Notes under the pieces: model-generated | The model's input: the letters and a program-made list of their open reading frames with translations, nothing else | What the model was told of the DNA's origin: nothing | Databases searched by the model: none | Shown: in pieces, positions 18,028 to 27,434 of the stretch | Layout of the letters: every line of letters starts with the position of its first letter | Numbering within the stretch: position 1 is the first letter of the stretch | IMG/VR virus record: IMGVR_UViG_3300033145_000681 | Location: 4,355-68,354 of that record | Source: a virus | DNA length: 64,000 nt | Direction: 5' to 3' (one strand) | Made by a program: the position numbers and the translations under genes

Positions 18028-20334
18028 ATGGGCATTGCTAGTTCTTATGCAGGGATCGGGATTGAAGCAGGGAGCGGCGCGAACCTCACCCTTCAGCGCG
18101 GGATCTCTCCGGGTACCGTCCAGATTACTCTGAAAGCGAATACCGTTCTGGCAAACGTTCCAGACTCCGGCGATCTGATCATCTCGGATGGATCCACATC
18201 TATTACGATGGAGATGTGGGTAGATGGAGATATCCAGAGGAAGCGGAGTAGCGCTGGTGATCTGATGACGGTAACGCTGAAGGACCGGCGCTGGAAATGG
18301 AAGTATGGGTATTACAGCGGCAGTCACAATCAGCCGGACAAGGAAGGCAATCCGGTAGATGAGAAGACAGCGCTGTCCATCTTTCAGGATCTCCGGGACA
18401 AGATAGGGAATGCCGGGCCCGATGAGACGGCGTTGACATTCGACGTATCGGCGGTGCCGGCGAACAGGTACCCTGCAGTAGATTGGGATCTGGTCAATCC
18501 CGTCCAGGCAATGCAGGAGCTGTGCGAAGTACTCGGCCTGGCAATCATGCTGGAGACGGATGATGTAGCATACGTCCGAGCACTCGGTGCCGGCGCCGCA
18601 CTCCCTGCCGGCAGCTTCGATGAGGATGTCACGACCATCGCAACCCCGGAGCTTCCCGCGACGATTCTCATCCGCGGCAGCCGGAAGGTGTACGAGGAGG
18701 ATCTCGTTGTCTTCGAGGCGGTCGGGATGGATACCGATTCGAACAACAGCGCCATCAAGGCGATTGCTGATTTGTCATACGCTCCTACGGCGCCGGCTAC
18801 CTGGCTGGATTATCTGAGAGAGGATTTTCGGCGCCTTACCGATCCGGAGGAGAAGAAGCTCGCCAAGAAATGCATCTACAAATGGTATCGATGGAATCCG
18901 GTAGGCGGGGATGCATATCGAGATCTGGTACTGCCCTGGATGAACATGCGAGCGAGGCCGTCCGAGATCGATGGTGATGACGAACGTGCAGAGCCGACGC
19001 TGCGGGTATCGTTTGTTGAGAAAGATCCGAAGGCCATCAGATTCATAGACCATATTCTGAAGGAGATTACTGACGGCTGGACGCTCGATACTGAGAAGGG
19101 CATCATCAAATTCAACGAAGCGAAATTCATGCGCGGGAATTCGGATCTCTACTTCATCGATTATACGACGGTAGTGAATCCGAGCATTAAGCTGACGATC
19201 GCTTACGAGCAGAAGACCGGTACCGGCTTCTCGGATTTCTACACGTATTCGTTCAATCCTACCTGGCCGGATGGGAAGGTAGCGAACTGCGGGATACATC
19301 CTGAGAACATGGCGGAGCTGGTAGCGTACTACAGGAACGATCCGCTGGGCCCCGGGATTACTCCGTACAACGTTTCCGAGCTGGATGATTACAGCGCCCT
19401 GATCGCGCCGTTGATTCAGAAGAAGTTCTGGGACGGCCTAACCGGCTCCGCGCGAACGTATCTCGGCATGAAAAACATTTCCCCAGACGGCGCTATCTCG
19501 TCGATTACCTGGCGCATCTCACGGGCCGGAGTAAAGACTGAGGTTCAGCGTGGCAGAGACGATCCTCCGGTGCACATCCCCACGTACAAGCAGCTCCGAA
19601 ATAAGTCCCGGATGACCCGGGACGATTCGGATAACACAGCAAAATCGAGGGATGATGAACGTCGCCGGAGGGAGACGCGCGGGGGCGGCTCTGAATTCAA
19701 AGCCCAGGGTGTAGCCGTAGATCCCGCAAACATCGGAAAAGGCCGTGTAGCGATCAAGAACACTCATGCGACGAATGCCCTGGCTGGCGGCATGGCGCAG
19801 CGTACGGGCGATGTGGAGCCCACTACGGGGGCGATAGAGGTTACCAGGCCATCAGTGGACGATTCTGAGAACGTAGTCATCCTCGAGACGGAGGTTCCTG
19901 CTGGCGAGTACGGCATCGCCTCCGAATCATCGAGCAGCTATATCGCGCATACCGGGGCCGGGCCGGTGGTAGGGGACACGCTCGGATCGAAGACGGATCA
20001 GTGGGAAGCGGAGGTGTCCGGCAACGGTTCGCATCTTGTCGGCTCGGTAGACGATGACGGGAATGCTCTCGGCGTATCGGTAGGCGGGGGCGGGGGCGGC
20101 GCTGATTTCTGCCAGATCGTAGATGTCGGTGGTACTCAGGTGCTCAAGAAGTTCAAGCCTTCGGACGGTACCCTTACCGATTTCAAGAAAGACATCACGG
20201 AAGTGTACGAGGCGTACAGCAACAAGACGCTGGATTTGGCGAATTACCCGGATGATACCTTCCTCGTGGTAATCCAGGATGGCAGCGGGGAGTACTTCGC
20301 GCATCCGTTCGCGCAATACAAAGAGTACAGCTGA
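18028..20334 (+). CDS. baseplate hub/tail tip protein
   Basis: VTLKDRRWKW, AMQELCEVLG hub-like N-terminus; position. Confidence 0.6.
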   Translation: MGIASSYAGIGIEAGSGANLTLQRGISPGTVQITLKANTVLANVPDSGDLIISDGSTSITMEMWVDGDIQRKRSSAGDLMTVTLKDRRWKWKYGYYSGSHNQPDKEGNPVDEKTALSIFQDLRDKIGNAGPDETALTFDVSAVPANRYPAVDWDLVNPVQAMQELCEVLGLAIMLETDDVAYVRALGAGAALPAGSFDEDVTTIATPELPATILIRGSRKVYEEDLVVFEAVGMDTDSNNSAIKAIADLSYAPTAPATWLDYLREDFRRLTDPEEKKLAKKCIYKWYRWNPVGGDAYRDLVLPWMNMRARPSEIDGDDERAEPTLRVSFVEKDPKAIRFIDHILKEITDGWTLDTEKGIIKFNEAKFMRGNSDLYFIDYTTVVNPSIKLTIAYEQKTGTGFSDFYTYSFNPTWPDGKVANCGIHPENMAELVAYYRNDPLGPGITPYNVSELDDYSALIAPLIQKKFWDGLTGSARTYLGMKNISPDGAISSITWRISRAGVKTEVQRGRDDPPVHIPTYKQLRNKSRMTRDDSDNTAKSRDDERRRRETRGGGSEFKAQGVAVDPANIGKGRVAIKNTHATNALAGGMAQRTGDVEPTTGAIEVTRPSVDDSENVVILETEVPAGEYGIASESSSSYIAHTGAGPVVGDTLGSKTDQWEAEVSGNGSHLVGSVDDDGNALGVSVGGGGGGADFCQIVDVGGTQVLKKFKPSDGTLTDFKKDITEVYEAYSNKTLDLANYPDDTFLVVIQDGSGEYFAHPFAQYKEYS

Positions 20335-21458
20335 TGTCCTGGTCGATAGGGCCATGCCCCACACTGTTCGGATCTCTCAGGAATCTTGATGCGATGGGGA
20401 TTGTTATTGCAGAGATCGTGCAGGGATTAAAAGAACGGGATTCACATGCAAGAGCGAATGGCTCATGGGGTGGAGGTCCTCCCTTCAATTGGTCCGGTGC
20501 TGGTAGTGATGATGTCAGAGACATAACCGTCCCGACGATAGCATCCACGGATTACGATCGTCTTGATATTACGTTCGGAAAGGCCGGCTCGGAATTCGAT
20601 GTAACGGATTTGCGGCTGGTACGCAAGTGGTTTGACGAAGGGGGGCCGTGGGGATTTGCAACGCCTGATTATAAGACCGGCTGGGGCGATGCGGCGAATC
20701 CGCGGTGGGGCTCGCTGTCTGATTTTCTGACGTATGCACTCGGGTATCCTGCCTGGAAAGCAGACGCATGGACAGATCGTGGCGATGTGTCTACGAGAGC
20801 GATAGAGGAGCTTCGGCTATGCCTTGAAGCTCTGGAGTACGCACAGACCAGCCATGCGATAGGTGGATCGTTTGACGGTTATGGTTATGATTCTTTCGTC
20901 GGGACAGGAGCTACTCCGACGCTGGCGTTCGATGATTGGGATGCGAACAAAGTACTGATCCAGACGCTTACAAACTCACAGTCGGGATCGTACATGCGGT
21001 GGAACGATCTGGGGGCAAATTACGATTGCCGGAGTTTTCTGAGCGGTGCCCATCCGTCGCTGAAACGGACTTCACACACAATGCCGTTATCTCGTTCTCC
21101 GAAATTGGCATTCTCTCTTCCCTGCCGTTCGCTATCGTGGCTCGATGGTCCGTGGGATGTTGAGGTGTATATTTCAGAGTTGGTGTACCCGGCTGGGTCT
21201 GCGATGTATAACTGGGGTGGCTGGTCGCTGGGTGCTTCCGATGTTGCCGCTGGTGGGGATGGTACTGAATGGAAGGGATTGACATACGAGTGGATCGGTG
21301 GAGGGCCGCGAACGGTTTACTTTCAATTCCGCGGGTCTGATGTGCTCCCGGCGTCCCCAGCTATACCGATGCCAGCGACGCCATATTTACCACGAGCATT
21401 TGTCGACCAGACGTGGGAGATCTGGGAATACGGCGCGTACAATTACGGGACGCCATAA
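20334..21458 (+). CDS. putative minor tail/receptor-binding protein
   Basis: Trp/Gly-rich, TGATG-coupled, last gene of the tail block. Confidence 0.5.
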   Translation: MSWSIGPCPTLFGSLRNLDAMGIVIAEIVQGLKERDSHARANGSWGGGPPFNWSGAGSDDVRDITVPTIASTDYDRLDITFGKAGSEFDVTDLRLVRKWFDEGGPWGFATPDYKTGWGDAANPRWGSLSDFLTYALGYPAWKADAWTDRGDVSTRAIEELRLCLEALEYAQTSHAIGGSFDGYGYDSFVGTGATPTLAFDDWDANKVLIQTLTNSQSGSYMRWNDLGANYDCRSFLSGAHPSLKRTSHTMPLSRSPKLAFSLPCRSLSWLDGPWDVEVYISELVYPAGSAMYNWGGWSLGASDVAAGGDGTEWKGLTYEWIGGGPRTVYFQFRGSDVLPASPAIPMPATPYLPRAFVDQTWEIWEYGAYNYGTP

Positions 21459-21479
21459 GCTCCGGATATAATCTCCCGT

Positions 21480-23174
21480 ATGAAATCATCTCTGATCGTA
21501 GACGAGGATGGCACCTTCCGCGTTCACATGAAGCGGGAGACTGCCAAGAGCATCCCGTGGATCCGCGCGGCGAAGGACGGTTGGTTTACCGGATTCTGGA
21601 TCAACATCCCGCGGCTGGTACAGCATGTCGAGCTTACCCCGGCGCCGGACAGCGTAAGGATACTCAAGCAGCTCCGGGAAGCCAAGCGCCAGGCGATCGA
21701 GATGAAGGATGACGAATCGGATCAGGTATCCCATCTCTTCCTGGAGGGGAAGAAGCCGAAGCCGTTCCAGCACCAGGCGATCAATTTCTCCCTGCATCAG
21801 AAGAATGTACTCATTGCCGACGATGTAGGGCTGGGGAAGACCTTCGAAGCGATGGGGATCATGCTCCGCGCCTTCGAGCTTGATGAGGTAGATATCGCCA
21901 TCATCCTGTGCCCTGGCTCGATCAAGTATCAGTGGAAGCAGGAGATCGAGATGGCGAATGCATACCTCCCGGATTTCGAGAGCCAGGTTGAGATAGTAGA
22001 TGGCGATCGCTCATCCCGGATGGACAGCTATGAATTGCACCGTGCAATTACCATCCTGCACTACCAGTGCCTCATCCGGGACTATGAAGAGATCTGGGAG
22101 ATGATTGAAGGCAAGCGGATCCTGGTAATCGCTGACGAGATTACGGCGAAGGGGGGCTGCAAGAATCGAACTACCAAGACCGCGAAGATATTCAAGAAGC
22201 TGTTCAAGAAGGCCGTATACAAAATCGCGCTTACCGCTACGCCGATCGAGAATCGGCTGGAGGATCTGTACTCAGTATTCGAGTGGATCGATTCCAGGCC
22301 CTTCGGGCCCGTAGGATGGTTCCGGGAGAAGTACTGCCGAATGATCGACATCCCTCTCAAGAATCGCGGGTTCACCATCAAGAAGGTAATCGGGTACAAG
22401 AATCTCCAGGATGCGGAGAATCGGATTGCCGATCGGTACATCCGGAGGACCGCGGCGGACGTCGGTGTACAGATGCCGAAGGTCGTAACGATGGTGCGCC
22501 GCGTAGAGATGATCCCGGAAGCTCGAAAGATATACGATGTGATGTGCGCCCAGATCCGCGCGGAGAAGGCGGCCGGGGCAGGGAGCATGTTCGGGAAGAT
22601 GATCCCGCTTCGCAGATGCTGTGCGGCGCCGTGCCTGGTAGGCGGGGAGGGAGAGGATTCCGGGAAGATCGCCGATCTCCTAGAAATGATGGAGGGGGAG
22701 CTTGCCGGCGAATCTATCATCATCGTTACGCAATGGCGCGAGAAGTGGATGGACATCCTCACGCGCCGGCTGAAGAAATGGAATCCGGTAGTAATGCATG
22801 GAGAGGTCGATCGCCGGCAGCGGGAAGCAGCCAGGCGGCGCTTCCAGGATGGGGAGTGCAAGGTAATGATCATGACCGAGGTAGGCGAGAGGGGGATGAA
22901 TCTGCAGACGGGGAGCGTACTCGTAAACCTGGATCTTCCCTTCAATCCCGCGAACATCCATCAACGCGCCGGCAGGATCTATCGCATGGGATCCCCGCAC
23001 GATCGGATCAGGGTAGTCGCTTTCGTCGCTCGGGATACGGTAGAGGAGCGGGTACTGGATATACTATCGCAGAAGGGCGATCTATTCGCCGAGGTTTTCT
23101 CTGAGGATGGGGTAGCGAAGCTGGTATCCCGGATGAGTAAGCTGACGGACGATCAATGGAGGAAGATGCTATGA
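21480..23174 (+). CDS. SNF2-family helicase/ATPase
   Basis: LIADDVGLGKT, IADE, LTATPIENRLEDL, GMNLQ, DLPFNP, QRAGRIYRMG. Confidence 0.95.
   Translation: MKSSLIVDEDGTFRVHMKRETAKSIPWIRAAKDGWFTGFWINIPRLVQHVELTPAPDSVRILKQLREAKRQAIEMKDDESDQVSHLFLEGKKPKPFQHQAINFSLHQKNVLIADDVGLGKTFEAMGIMLRAFELDEVDIAIILCPGSIKYQWKQEIEMANAYLPDFESQVEIVDGDRSSRMDSYELHRAITILHYQCLIRDYEEIWEMIEGKRILVIADEITAKGGCKNRTTKTAKIFKKLFKKAVYKIALTATPIENRLEDLYSVFEWIDSRPFGPVGWFREKYCRMIDIPLKNRGFTIKKVIGYKNLQDAENRIADRYIRRTAADVGVQMPKVVTMVRRVEMIPEARKIYDVMCAQIRAEKAAGAGSMFGKMIPLRRCCAAPCLVGGEGEDSGKIADLLEMMEGELAGESIIIVTQWREKWMDILTRRLKKWNPVVMHGEVDRRQREAARRRFQDGECKVMIMTEVGERGMNLQTGSVLVNLDLPFNPANIHQRAGRIYRMGSPHDRIRVVAFVARDTVEERVLDILSQKGDLFAEVFSEDGVAKLVSRMSKLTDDQWRKML
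22033..22049. promoter_or_regulatory. 17-bp palindrome copy 2 (inside helicase CDS)
   Basis: AATTGCACcGTGCAATT. Confidence 0.85.
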
Positions 23175-23512
23175 GCGAGCCTTGCGTAAATGCGAAGAGT
23201 GCGGCGGTAGAGGTTGAAAGCAGTGACGGTATCCAGCCAGTCGCAATCACGTTTGTGATCTCTGGGCAGAGCGTCGATGCTGTCCAGAAAGTCTCTACCG
23301 CGATAGAGGCATCTTGTCTGGGTGCGATGCGCGGTATGGGGAAGGAAGTCGATGTTGAGACGGACTTCGAAGAGGAATTCGAAAAAGAATTGTTCATCTG
23401 CCGTCATTGTGGCAAAGCGGAAGAGGAGTATTTGTGCGAGCATTTCCCGGAGATCACGGTAGTGCAGAGAGATCTCGGGTATTTTCACAAGGAATATCGG
23501 TTGATGGGATGA
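23171..23512 (+). CDS. hypothetical protein with CxxC
   Basis: ATGA overlap with helicase stop. Confidence 0.55.
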   Translation: MSEPCVNAKSAAVEVESSDGIQPVAITFVISGQSVDAVQKVSTAIEASCLGAMRGMGKEVDVETDFEEEFEKELFICRHCGKAEEEYLCEHFPEITVVQRDLGYFHKEYRLMG

Positions 23513-23519
23513 GGGGCTG

Positions 23520-23864
23520 ATGAGAAAAGAGACGGAAGTGCAGGCTGTCCGGATCGAACAGACGTGCGAGAACTGTAAAGATGGCATGATGGAGATTCCC
23601 CGTGAAAGATCTACGATGGCACCTCCCGGGGAGCATCTTCACGAATGCACGAAATGCAAGCATACCGAACATTTTACAGCGATCTATCCCCGTATTGAAT
23701 ATCGGGAGAAAGATGAAGAGCCAGGGCGCGTTTCTGATTTGCCGACTCAGCGCTGCAAGGCTACGAGCCATCATGGTTATCGTTGCGCATTGGCTCTCGA
23801 TCATCTTGCTCGGGATCACCAGGCATTGAACGACAGCGGATCGGTAGTTCTTTGGCCGAAGTAG
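23520..23864 (+). CDS. zinc-ribbon hypothetical protein
   Basis: CENC..CTKC; SD GAGGGG. Confidence 0.6.
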   Translation: MRKETEVQAVRIEQTCENCKDGMMEIPRERSTMAPPGEHLHECTKCKHTEHFTAIYPRIEYREKDEEPGRVSDLPTQRCKATSHHGYRCALALDHLARDHQALNDSGSVVLWPK

Positions 23865-23875
23865 GAGAAGAAGGA

Positions 23876-24184
23876 ATGAACACCTATCCCGACAACTGGA
23901 AGCAGATTGCATTCTACGTCAAGACAACATGGGGATGGATCTGCGAGCGGTGCGGCCACCGACACGAACCGCCCACCGGGTACTGCCTCACGGTCCATCA
24001 TCTCGTTCCAGACAAGAGTCTCTGCGAGCTTTGGAATCTCGCATGCCTCTGCCAGCGATGTCATCTTTCCATCCAGGCTCGGGTGAATATGTTCCAGGAG
24101 ATGCTTCCCGGGATGGTGGTGTCGGAATGGTTCATCCCGCATCTGGTAGGATTCAGGGAGTGGCAGGAAAGGACGGCGGCATAA
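23876..24184 (+). CDS. HNH endonuclease
   Basis: YPDNW..CERCG..LTVHHL..NLACLCQRCHL. Confidence 0.85.
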   Translation: MNTYPDNWKQIAFYVKTTWGWICERCGHRHEPPTGYCLTVHHLVPDKSLCELWNLACLCQRCHLSIQARVNMFQEMLPGMVVSEWFIPHLVGFREWQERTAA

Positions 24185-24552
24185 TGGGTCATGAAGACGA
24201 TGGTGGAGACTTGGTCGGCAGTAAGGGATGGTATGACGAGTTCCATCGCAAACTGGAACCCGAGGGGTTTGCGTTGTGGTGGGACAAAGTATTCGGGTAT
24301 GAACCGCAGCCAGAGAAAGGGATCTACGGATTCCAGTGTTATTACGAGCGCCGATCTTCTGCACTTGCTGCGTGGATTATGGCTTCCGAGCTGGATACTG
24401 CTAGGGATTTGATCTCGGCGCTCAAGAGCGGCGATTGCTGGTGCCCTATGGGGATCGGAGATCCCAGGTACTCAGACCATACGGATACGTGCAAGAAGAT
24501 CCAGGAAAAGATCGATGCTTCGCCGCGGGATTTCTCGCTGGAGGATAGCTGA
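24184..24552 (+). CDS. hypothetical protein
   Basis: TAATG coupling. Confidence 0.55.
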   Translation: MGHEDDGGDLVGSKGWYDEFHRKLEPEGFALWWDKVFGYEPQPEKGIYGFQCYYERRSSALAAWIMASELDTARDLISALKSGDCWCPMGIGDPRYSDHTDTCKKIQEKIDASPRDFSLEDS

Positions 24553-24905
24553 TGAACATCGACAAAAAGACGGTATCCTTCGAATTGTCAAAATCGATCA
24601 TGGCCGCGGGAGCGAAGCAGGGAGATGCGGAGTGCGTCTATGTGGTGGATGTTTCCGGGAACATACTGCTTCGGTATCGTGTTCACGGATGCCCTAGCGA
24701 TCGGCACATCTGTGATGCTTTCGATCATGACGAGCTTATAGAGCGCCTTCGGGAGTACGGGACGATTACTGAGCATTACGATACGGTGACAAACGTAGTG
24801 ATTATCAGGTTCGATTTTCCTGGTTGCGACAGTCCCCCATACGCTCCGCTGATCGAAGTGTTGGGTGATCTGTACTGGAAGTGCTTGTGCAGGAAGAAGA
24901 CATGA
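24552..24905 (+). CDS. hypothetical protein
   Basis: TGATG coupling, SD GGAGG. Confidence 0.55.
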   Translation: MNIDKKTVSFELSKSIMAAGAKQGDAECVYVVDVSGNILLRYRVHGCPSDRHICDAFDHDELIERLREYGTITEHYDTVTNVVIIRFDFPGCDSPPYAPLIEVLGDLYWKCLCRKKT

Positions 24906-25183
24906 ACATCTACCAGCTCAACGATTACGAATGGTACGCAGCTGAAACGTTCGAGGCGGCGGTGGTATTCGCAATGGATAATTGCGGGGTGAGCCGGGAA
25001 GAGGCGTATGACGAGAGCTATGGTGACGAGCCCCTGGACGATGCCGATCTGGATGGCCTGATGTTCTTTGATGATATCGAGAACAAGGAGACATGCCAGA
25101 AGCGAACCTTCCGGGAGCATCTGGCTCTCATGGTCCAGGCCGGCGCGGAGTTTCCATGTTTCTTTGCGGGATGTGATTGGTAG
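24902..25183 (+). CDS. hypothetical acidic protein
   Basis: ATGA overlap. Confidence 0.55.
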   Translation: MNIYQLNDYEWYAAETFEAAVVFAMDNCGVSREEAYDESYGDEPLDDADLDGLMFFDDIENKETCQKRTFREHLALMVQAGAEFPCFFAGCDW

Positions 25184-25193
25184 GAGGGATGAC

Positions 25194-26417
25194 ATGCTGG
25201 ACGAGCCTGACGAAGTGGAAGTAATCGAGAAGCCGATCAAGCTGATGATCGTAGGGGGGGCTAGGCCGAACTGGATGAAGATCTCTCCGATCCTCCGGGC
25301 GATCGACCAGTACAATCTGAACGGGGTCACGGTGCTCGGCCCAGGCGATTACGGGCTGGGGACCGAAGCCATAACGGGCCTTCAGAAGATCAAGCCGATC
25401 ATCGTCAATACCGGCCAGCATTACGATTACGAGATGGCCGGCTCATTCCTGGAGGGATTCGGTATCTCTGAAGATGACATGATCAGCCTGGACGTTCGGA
25501 AGAACGGGCTGGGGATGGTGATGGCGACGGTCATGGCGCGGATCTCTCCGGTTATGGAGTATGTCGAGCCGGATGCGGTAATGGTAGTCGGCGATGTAGA
25601 TTCTACCCTGGCCGCGGCGATCACTGCCAGGCGATTGAGCATCCCGGTAATCCATGTCGAGGCCGGCCTGAGATCCGATGACGAGACGATGCCGGAGGAG
25701 AACAATCGGCGCCTGACGGATCACGTATCTGATTTGCTGTTCACTACGGAATCGGATGCGGATCATAATCTCGATTGCGACGGGATCGACATGGAGCGGG
25801 TACACTTTGTCGGGGATGTAATGATCGATTGCCTGATGCAGCATGAGGAGGAGATCGCAGCCAGCGATATCGTCTCGAAGCTCGGCCTGGAAGGGAAGCC
25901 GTATGCGGTATTGACTCTCCATCGGCCGGCGAATGTGGATGATGGGGAGATTCTGAGAAGGATACTCGATGCCGTGGAAGAGATCTCGAAGAAGATTCCG
26001 ATCATATTCCCGATACATCCCAGAACGAAGAATGCCCTGCTCGGTTGCTGGGGAGATCTGCCATCTTTGAGGGGACCTCTCCAGGCGATCAAGCCGCAGC
26101 CCTACGCCGACTTCATGAGCCTGGTCAAGAATTCCCGCATGGTGCTTACCGACTCCGGAGGCATCCAGTCAGAGACTACCTTCTTCGGTGTACCGTGCCT
26201 GACGCTTCGAGAGAATACTGAGCGGCCGATAACGATGCGGATGGGATCGAATGCCCTGGCCGGTACGGCTACCGACGAGATCGTAAACCGGGCCATGCTG
26301 GTGCTCGAGGATGGCTGGATCAATGAGAGCGATGTCCCTCCCCAATGGGACGGCTTCGCGGCCGAAAGGATCGTAGAACATATCGCGCTGTGGTGGCGGG
26401 ATAGAATACAGGTATGA
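25194..26417 (+). CDS. wecB: UDP-N-acetylglucosamine 2-epimerase (non-hydrolysing, WecB/WbpI family)
   Basis: GARPNWMK, TGQHYD, VGDVDSTLAAA, HVEAGLRS, PEENNR, TDSGGIQ, LRENTERP. Confidence 0.95.
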   Translation: MLDEPDEVEVIEKPIKLMIVGGARPNWMKISPILRAIDQYNLNGVTVLGPGDYGLGTEAITGLQKIKPIIVNTGQHYDYEMAGSFLEGFGISEDDMISLDVRKNGLGMVMATVMARISPVMEYVEPDAVMVVGDVDSTLAAAITARRLSIPVIHVEAGLRSDDETMPEENNRRLTDHVSDLLFTTESDADHNLDCDGIDMERVHFVGDVMIDCLMQHEEEIAASDIVSKLGLEGKPYAVLTLHRPANVDDGEILRRILDAVEEISKKIPIIFPIHPRTKNALLGCWGDLPSLRGPLQAIKPQPYADFMSLVKNSRMVLTDSGGIQSETTFFGVPCLTLRENTERPITMRMGSNALAGTATDEIVNRAMLVLEDGWINESDVPPQWDGFAAERIVEHIALWWRDRIQV

Positions 26418-26800
26418 GCAAGAAATCGTCAGACATCCTCCCGAGCTGGACAGACTTCGTAGAGAAGTGTCTTGCCGGTCGCGCGTACATTCTGGTCAAG
26501 GGATTGGCGCCGGATAAGATCTTCCAGGTCACCACGCTCGAGGAAGCGAAGCGAGCGGTGGAGCTGCTGACCAAGCTGAAGATATCCAATTGGGTACTCT
26601 TCTCGGTAGAGGGCCATCCTCGCGCGATCGTACTCATGGCGACGGCGATGCTGGTCAAGGATCTGGAAGCCATCTCCGGGAAGGACCCCTTGATCTACGT
26701 CGAGGATCGGATCGCATACATCGATGGCGCCTTCCCGAATATGCAGAAGGCAGACAAGGCTGAGATAAAGAAATTCTACGAGGACATCCGTGGACAGTAA
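26414..26800 (+). CDS. hypothetical protein
   Basis: Coupled between epimerase and loader-like gene. Confidence 0.6.
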   Translation: MSKKSSDILPSWTDFVEKCLAGRAYILVKGLAPDKIFQVTTLEEAKRAVELLTKLKISNWVLFSVEGHPRAIVLMATAMLVKDLEAISGKDPLIYVEDRIAYIDGAFPNMQKADKAEIKKFYEDIRGQ

Positions 26801-27434
26801 TGAGTGTTCCTGCAATGGGCGCAAGCACATTCTCACAGAGGACGGCTGGATTCCCTGCCCCTGCCTGAACAGGGAACGGTACGATCGCAACATCTCCCGC
26901 GCCGGCATCCCGGTATACATGACAGACATGACCTGGAAGGCCTGGGCGAAACGGCATGCCAGCGCCGCGCGGATAGCCAAGGAGCTGCGGGGATACTTCG
27001 ATGAGATCATACGAGAGGGTCGGGTGCAGAGATCTCGCTGCCTCTACGGGCCGGCCAGCTCCGGGAAGGTCACGCTGGCGTACCTCTTTCTGAAGGAGTG
27101 CATCAAGCGGGGGCTCACCGGAAGAACGGTACTTCTCGGAGATCTCGTTCGTGGTCAATTCGATGACAACCGGGAGCTGCTGACTGAGATGCTGAACGTA
27201 GACGTAGCGATTGTCCGGCTCGGGATGGAGGAGGAGCACAAGTGGAACGGCCCGACGCTTGAGCGGCTGCACTTTACTAGGAAGGCCGGCGAGAAGGCGA
27301 CGATCTACACGACCAGGGATGGCCCCGGAATATGGACGGCGAAGTACGGGGATGTCATCAGTAATGTCGTATGGGAACCGAAGGCGGATACAATTGTGTG
27401 GAACCTTGCATCAGGAAAAACAGTTGTACCATGA
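26790..27434 (+). CDS. DnaC/IstB-like helicase loader with degenerate Walker motifs
   Basis: N-terminal CSC..CPC, AGIP, LYGPASSGKV, TIYTT; adjacent to DnaB. Confidence 0.75.
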   Translation: MDSNECSCNGRKHILTEDGWIPCPCLNRERYDRNISRAGIPVYMTDMTWKAWAKRHASAARIAKELRGYFDEIIREGRVQRSRCLYGPASSGKVTLAYLFLKECIKRGLTGRTVLLGDLVRGQFDDNRELLTEMLNVDVAIVRLGMEEEHKWNGPTLERLHFTRKAGEKATIYTTRDGPGIWTAKYGDVISNVVWEPKADTIVWNLASGKTVVP

